From a virus (lineage: Duplodnaviria > Caudoviricetes): a stretch of DNA of 48,012 bases. Both the position numbers and the translations under genes were made by a program. This document shows positions 43,028-48,012 of the stretch, piece by piece; position 1 is the first letter of the stretch; every line of letters begins with the position of its first letter. The stretch is from the IMG/VR virus record IMGVR_UViG_3300037761_000105, positions 1 through 48,012 of that record; one strand, written 5' to 3'. The notes under the pieces are model-generated. The model saw nothing but the letters and a program-made list of their open reading frames with translations, was not told where the DNA came from and did no database searches.

Positions 43028-44421
43028 TACGTACTCGCGGGTCTTACTGTCAAATACCGCGGATGGTACGAAACAGACACCGCGTACGTCGTCAGCGTCC
43101 ACGACTGATCGGCGCTCACCACGCGAAGCATGTAAATCCGGTTCGTCTGATTCGGCGACAGCATCGGGAACCCGCCCACGATCGGCGGCGCCTTCGCGCT
43201 CAACACCTGGTTCGACCCGTCCCTGGCGTGGGCGGAACTGTCGCGGGCATCCAGGATGAAATCGGCGGCAGCCCGCGTCCAGTTGAGAATGGCCAGCCGA
43301 TCGTCCGCAGGCACCAGAAGCATCACGTCGAAGTCGATCGTGCCCGCGCCCGAGACCCGCTCCGCCCGCAGTTGGAACTTGAGCGCATTCGACACCAGCA
43401 ACTCGGCGCCGCTCGTATCCGACACCGGATCGAAACCAGTGGGGATCGTTATCAGGCCAAGATCCGCCGTGACGATAAGCCCCGTACCGGCGGTCGAGTA
43501 CACGTCATTCTCGATCAGCAGAGTGTCGCCGACACTCGCGTCTCCCCAACGCAACTGCAAATTGATCGCATCGGACGAGGTATTTTTCCGGTAACGCAAC
43601 AGCACCCGGTATGTGCCGCGCAGATCCACGCCCGACGTGCCGACAGTTGTCACAGACAGCCGCGTCTGCATCGTCGCCGTGGCGAACGTGCACCGCGAGT
43701 AGTTGTTCCCCGACCCGGAGAAGTTCGCATCGTTCGCCTGCGTCGTGGTGTCCGTGCCCTGCGTCATCGCCTCGGCCTGCAACACGAACGGCGCACTCGC
43801 CGGAGTGCCACGGCGGCGCACGGCGAACATGGTGTGACGCGCCAGATTCACGGCACTGGACGGCCACAGGATGGTCGCCGGGGACTCCACATCCCCCTTC
43901 ACCCCGGTCACATCCACGAAACAGCCGTTGCTGCCCGCCGCCGGATCCGTGGACACCGTCACACCCGACACCGGGGTCTCCAGCAGGCCGTAGGCGAAGG
44001 GCTCGGCCAGGAACGCCACCGACAGCAGCTTCCGCGTGCCGTCGATCTTCCCAAGGTCCCGCACCTCGTCCACCGAGGTGCGGAACGTGCGGAAGAACAC
44101 CGGGTTCGTCGTCTCCTGCTGCCACTGCAGGAAGTTGCCCGGCCGGTTCAACTCCCGGTAGAAGGTCTGCAGTTGGGTCGCGGCGGCATCGGCGGACGCC
44201 GCGTTCACCGACAGCATCAGCTGGATGGTCCGCAGCCCGTACGCCGACGCCGGGATGACAGCGCCGTCGGCCAGCAGTGTTGAGGCGACGGCCTGATCCA
44301 GCGGCGGCGGCGGGAACCGAGTGCCATCGGTGTGCAGCCGCCACGTCGTCCGGTCGTTCAAGTCGAGCCGCGTGGTCGGGCTGGAGGCGATCGAGTCGAC
44401 GAACTTCAGGCTCGACGCCAT
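43027..44421 (-). CDS. Minor tail protein (distal tail-like)
   Basis: First gene after TMP; AEPFAYG, GDVESP motifs. Confidence 0.7.
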   Translation of the reverse strand: MASSLKFVDSIASSPTTRLDLNDRTTWRLHTDGTRFPPPPLDQAVASTLLADGAVIPASAYGLRTIQLMLSVNAASADAAATQLQTFYRELNRPGNFLQWQQETTNPVFFRTFRTSVDEVRDLGKIDGTRKLLSVAFLAEPFAYGLLETPVSGVTVSTDPAAGSNGCFVDVTGVKGDVESPATILWPSSAVNLARHTMFAVRRRGTPASAPFVLQAEAMTQGTDTTTQANDANFSGSGNNYSRCTFATATMQTRLSVTTVGTSGVDLRGTYRVLLRYRKNTSSDAINLQLRWGDASVGDTLLIENDVYSTAGTGLIVTADLGLITIPTGFDPVSDTSGAELLVSNALKFQLRAERVSGAGTIDFDVMLLVPADDRLAILNWTRAAADFILDARDSSAHARDGSNQVLSAKAPPIVGGFPMLSPNQTNRIYMLRVVSADQSWTLTTYAVSVSYHPRYLTVRPAST

Positions 44422-47238
44422 CTAGCCACTCCTCGCATACAGGTCGGCGCGGCGGGCAATCTCGGTGCGCGGCATCGCGAGGCCGCGGCGCTGCATCTCA
44501 TTGACGAAATCGCGGGCGAACTGGCGGGAGTCCATGCCGGCACCGACCGATGCTGCGCCCGTCGTCGCACCTTGCCAGCGGGTCAGCAGACTCGACAGTT
44601 CGGTGAACACGGCGTTCTGCGAACGGGACAGCACCCGCTCCCCGGTCTGCAGGATGGCCGGGATCTCGTCGCGACCCAGCCCCGTCAGCGATGCGCCGGA
44701 GTGGAAGCGGGGAATGATGCCGGCGCCGGTCACCAGCCCGCCGGAGTGACCACGCTGCACTCCGACCGGGATACCACCCGAGACGGCGTAATTGACGCGG
44801 ATCGTGGAACTGCGGTCACGAGCCAGCCGATTCAACGCTGCTTCCGTCCCCGCCTGACCGGTCAGGTTCGCGATCAGTTTAGCCCGCCGTGCCGCGGCGA
44901 TACGGTCCAGATCCCGCTGGGCGGCTCGTTCCGCCGCCTTGTCGCGGGCCAGTTTCAACTGTGCCTGGTAGTCCCCGGCATAGTCCTCAGCGGCGCCGCG
45001 AGCCTCGTCCACCGAGTCGCGGATCACCTTGGCCTGCTCGGCGGTCAGCACACTCTCTGCCACCCAACGATCCAGCGTGGCATTGAAGTCCTGCCACGAT
45101 AGGTCGCCGTCGAGCACCGCCGCTTCCATGCCGGCAATCGCCTCAGCCAAGCCGATCGCTGCAGCCTTCGCTTCCTCGGACTTGGTGCCGTGCTCCTTGA
45201 CCGCCTCGTTGTACTCTGACTGCGCGGTTTGCACGGCCTCTAGCGCGGACACCACGGCGAACACCGGATCGGTTGCCGCACGCAGACTTTCAAGATAGGC
45301 ATCCAACGCCTCGTCCGCTGCCTCTATGGCAGCCGCCTCGCGCTCCATCTCACCGGCCAGGCCGCCAGCGGAGTCGGCAGCCAACTCCTGCTCGTTGGCC
45401 GCCTGATCCAACGCATCGCCGTATTCCGGCAACACCGACAGCAGTTGGTCCATCTCGCCGCGGCCCAACCCGAACTGCTCGGCCAAAGCAGTGACGATGT
45501 TCCGAGCCTCATCGGCGTTACCGCCGGACACCAGCTGCGCCAGCGCCGTGTCGATAGCACCGAACTGGTCTGCAAGCTCGCGGGTGTTGTTGACCATGTC
45601 GTCAAGGTCGGTGCCGGCGAACGAGTCCTTGTACTCGACCCAGCTCGACTTGGCCTCCTGCAACCGCTCGCGCTGATGCCGGATCTCCTCCACGCTGGCT
45701 TGGAGTTTGGTGATCAGTTCGGTTTCGACACCGTCGGCCAGATGCAGCAGAGCCCTGGTGGTCTCCCCGATCCCCGCCGGTGCGTCACGAGTGGCCTCCT
45801 GGATGGCCTGGATCGCGGTCGCCACCGCGAGTAGGCCAGTCACCACCCCGCCGGCCTTGGCGAGCCCGGTCAACGCGGTGTGCACCCTGGGTGTCGTGGC
45901 GGCGAGTAGTTGCATCTCGGCCCGGGCCGCAGCCAGTCGCGGGGCGAGCAGTAGGAATCCGCCGCCGAGCAGCGCCACGGTGCCGACCAGCCCGGCCAGG
46001 ACGGTCGCGATGGTCTTAACTGGTCCGGGTAGCTCGCCGAAGAATCGCGCCACGTCGGCGACGCCTTCGGCAAGGCCGGCGATCGCTGGCAACAACACGC
46101 CGCCGACGTCAATGGCTAGATCGACGAGCGTGTTCCGGGCGATCTGGATCTTCGCCTCGGCGGTGTCGTACCGCTTCTCGGCCTCTTCAATGAGTGCGGT
46201 GTTCTCTTCCCACGCCCGCGCGCCGTCGTCCAGCGACTTGCCCAGTAGGTCGCCGGCACCGGCCAGGCGCAGCAGCGAGTCGCGGGTGCGGATGCTGCCC
46301 AGCCCGAGTTCGTCCAGGGTGGCGAACACGTTGCCGCCAGCCGCGTCGATGCTGCCAAGGCCCTGCACGAACGCCTGAATGGCTCGCGCCGGGTCTTCCT
46401 CGAACGCCCGGGTGAACTCTTGTGCGGACATGCCCGCCACCCGGGCGAAGCCCTCGACAGCTTCCCCGCCTTCGGCAACCGCACTCGCCATCTTGATCAT
46501 TGCGGTCGAGATAGCCGAACCGCCGGCCTCAGCCTCGATACCCACCGACGCCAGCGCATTCGACAACGCCAGCACATCCGCCTCAGACAGTCCGATGATC
46601 GCGCCAGCGCCGGCGATCCGCTGCGCCATCTCGATGATGTCCCGCTCGGTCGACGCGCCGTTGTTGCCGAGTTCGACCAGAGCCGCACCGAGACGGCCCA
46701 CGTCCTGCGGCGCCGTCTGCATCACGTTCATCAGCTGCGCGATGGCGGTGGCCGCCTCGTCGGCGGTCAGGTTCGTGGTCTCACCAAGGTTGACCATGGT
46801 CTCGGTGAAACGAACGATGTCGGGGGTGGCGATACCCAACTGCCCGGCCGCCTCGGCGACGGCGGCGATCTCGCCGTGTGTGGCGGGCAGCGTCGTCGCC
46901 AGATCACGCAAGCCCTGCTCGACCTGCGCCAGTTGCTCCGGTGAACCTTCGACTGTCTTACGCACCCCGGCCCACGCGGATTCCCAGTCGATCGCGGCCT
47001 TCGCAGCAACCCCGAGCCCGGCCACCACAGCGGCACCGAATATCACCATTCCGCGGCCAACGTTCTGCAACGCCTGCGCGGTCCGCTGATTCAACTCGGC
47101 AGCGAACTTGTCCGCCGCCCGGTTGCCCTTGGTGATCTCCCGGTTCAGTTGGTCCATCGACGCCGCCGCCCGGCGCATCTCACGCTCGAGTTTCGCGGCA
47201 TCGGCATCGATAGTGACCTTGAGGTCAGTCCTCGCCAT
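44422..47238 (-). CDS. Tape measure protein (TP901 family)
   Basis: 938 aa, Ala-rich; AIDWESAWAGVRKT, AGQLG, LGNN.A..E..I, GG.A.S motifs. Confidence 0.9.
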   Translation of the reverse strand: MARTDLKVTIDADAAKLEREMRRAAASMDQLNREITKGNRAADKFAAELNQRTAQALQNVGRGMVIFGAAVVAGLGVAAKAAIDWESAWAGVRKTVEGSPEQLAQVEQGLRDLATTLPATHGEIAAVAEAAGQLGIATPDIVRFTETMVNLGETTNLTADEAATAIAQLMNVMQTAPQDVGRLGAALVELGNNGASTERDIIEMAQRIAGAGAIIGLSEADVLALSNALASVGIEAEAGGSAISTAMIKMASAVAEGGEAVEGFARVAGMSAQEFTRAFEEDPARAIQAFVQGLGSIDAAGGNVFATLDELGLGSIRTRDSLLRLAGAGDLLGKSLDDGARAWEENTALIEEAEKRYDTAEAKIQIARNTLVDLAIDVGGVLLPAIAGLAEGVADVARFFGELPGPVKTIATVLAGLVGTVALLGGGFLLLAPRLAAARAEMQLLAATTPRVHTALTGLAKAGGVVTGLLAVATAIQAIQEATRDAPAGIGETTRALLHLADGVETELITKLQASVEEIRHQRERLQEAKSSWVEYKDSFAGTDLDDMVNNTRELADQFGAIDTALAQLVSGGNADEARNIVTALAEQFGLGRGEMDQLLSVLPEYGDALDQAANEQELAADSAGGLAGEMEREAAAIEAADEALDAYLESLRAATDPVFAVVSALEAVQTAQSEYNEAVKEHGTKSEEAKAAAIGLAEAIAGMEAAVLDGDLSWQDFNATLDRWVAESVLTAEQAKVIRDSVDEARGAAEDYAGDYQAQLKLARDKAAERAAQRDLDRIAAARRAKLIANLTGQAGTEAALNRLARDRSSTIRVNYAVSGGIPVGVQRGHSGGLVTGAGIIPRFHSGASLTGLGRDEIPAILQTGERVLSRSQNAVFTELSSLLTRWQGATTGAASVGAGMDSRQFARDFVNEMQRRGLAMPRTEIARRADLYARSG

Positions 47239-47554
47239 CCTGACCTCCTGTCCGTTTCAGCCGGATTTGCTGACCAGGCGCCCGCTTGCCCTTGTCGTTG
47301 TTCTCGCGTTCGATGTCGAGCATCTGGCAGCCGATACAAATCCGCGTCTCAGGTTCGGCGAAGTCCGGATCCTGCTCCCACTGCCAGTCGGCCGTGCCGC
47401 AGTTCGGGCACTTCAGCGATTCTTCGGCCTGCCAGACAAGCGCAGCCTGCTGGTCGTCCACCGGCCATGACAGGAACGTCGACAGTGGGATGCCCTTCGG
47501 TCCGCAATAGGCCATGCGGGCGGCGAACAGCGGGTCGCGCCTTAGCCTTTTCCC
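47225..47554 (-). CDS. Tail assembly chaperone, -1 frameshift extension
   Basis: Open -1 frame entered at GGGAAAA; GIPLSTF..W, CPNCG..CIGC. Confidence 0.75.
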   Translation of the reverse strand, partial: GKRLRRDPLFAARMAYCGPKGIPLSTFLSWPVDDQQAALVWQAEESLKCPNCGTADWQWEQDPDFAEPETRICIGCQMLDIERENNDKGKRAPGQQIRLKRTGGQDGED

Positions 47555-48012
47555 AGGCCCGGTGCCGGCTGCGCGTTGGTGGCGGTCACGACCGCGTCGA
47601 ACAGCGCCTTCTTCTCCCCGGCTGTCCAACGATCCGATGCGAGCTCGGTGACCCAGTCCTGCTCGGACATGTCCGATTCGAGTGCGCAGATGGCCAGCGC
47701 AGCAGGCGTGAACGTTGCCCGATCCACCAGCGACCGCTGCTCTTCGGGAACGTCTTCTTTCTTGTCCTTGGCCTCCTGGTCAGCCGTTGGCGGGTGCGCA
47801 GCGATCAGCGTGTCCCGCTCCTCTTCCGTCAGGCCGCGGAACACGACGGTCACAGACTCCTTGGCGTAGGCGGCGCGGGCGCGCTTCAGCTTGTCCTCGG
47901 CCCGCTTGACCGCCGCCTCGTCGCCCTTGGCGGTGATCTGCGTCAACTGGTGCAGCCGCTCGGCTTCGTCCAATGCAGATTTGGCGCGCTCGCCGGCTTC
48001 ACCCAGCGGGAA
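47542..48012 (-). CDS. Tail assembly chaperone (starts at 184 across the junction)
   Basis: FRGL, HPP, W..GE...LF motifs; ends GLGKG* at the slippery site. Confidence 0.8.
   Translation of the reverse strand, partial: FPLGEAGERAKSALDEAERLHQLTQITAKGDEAAVKRAEDKLKRARAAYAKESVTVVFRGLTEEERDTLIAAHPPTADQEAKDKKEDVPEEQRSLVDRATFTPAALAICALESDMSEQDWVTELASDRWTAGEKKALFDAVVTATNAQPAPGLGKG
47548..47554 (-). other. -1 ribosomal slippery site GGGAAAA
   Basis: G GGA AAA just before the chaperone stop. Confidence 0.8.

Noticed and set aside
41180-44283. Long plus-strand ORFs (also 7046-8287, 8881-10230, 35597-36862)
   Set aside because: Antisense shadows of real genes in high-GC DNA; Arg/Gly/His-rich with no motifs
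47886-48012. 127-nt terminal direct repeat as a biological genome end
   Set aside because: It falls mid-gene and equals a common assembler k-mer size, so it indicates circular assembly only
1-48012. tRNA, rRNA, IS elements, reverse transcriptase or DGR
   Set aside because: None recognised by eye; tRNAscan and Rfam searches were not run

Overview
The window is an apparently complete, circularly assembled genome (47,885 bp plus a 127-nt end overlap) of a temperate, high-GC actinobacterial siphovirus. Almost all virion genes are on the minus strand. The order is HNH, TerS, TerL, portal, prohead protease, major capsid, a glycan cassette, head-tail/tail genes, frameshifting tail chaperones, tape measure, minor tails, an amidase lysis cassette and a second post-lysis module (GH12, DUF4038-like hydrolase, repeat fibre). 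It also carries a serine integrase, a repressor/Cro switch, Ltp and metalloprotease morons, ERF, exonuclease, RusA, WhiB and a DnaB-N/AAA_25 helicase. Four things stand out. (1) A translationally coupled virion-glycosylation cassette sits in the head-tail operon. It has three glycosyltransferase genes (four GT domains), an RmlB-type dehydratase, a methyltransferase, a DUF3431-like protein and a full-length homolog of plant RGP/UDP-arabinopyranose mutases. (2) Three sequence-unrelated but architecturally matching RNA pseudoknots have loops that pair with or beside the downstream ribosome-binding site. (3) An oriC-like DnaA-box cluster lies upstream of the helicase and an iteron array lies downstream of it. 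(4) There is a secreted GH12 glucanase. All family calls come from motif recognition by eye; no database searches were run, and many start codons were re-chosen from RBS and overlap evidence.
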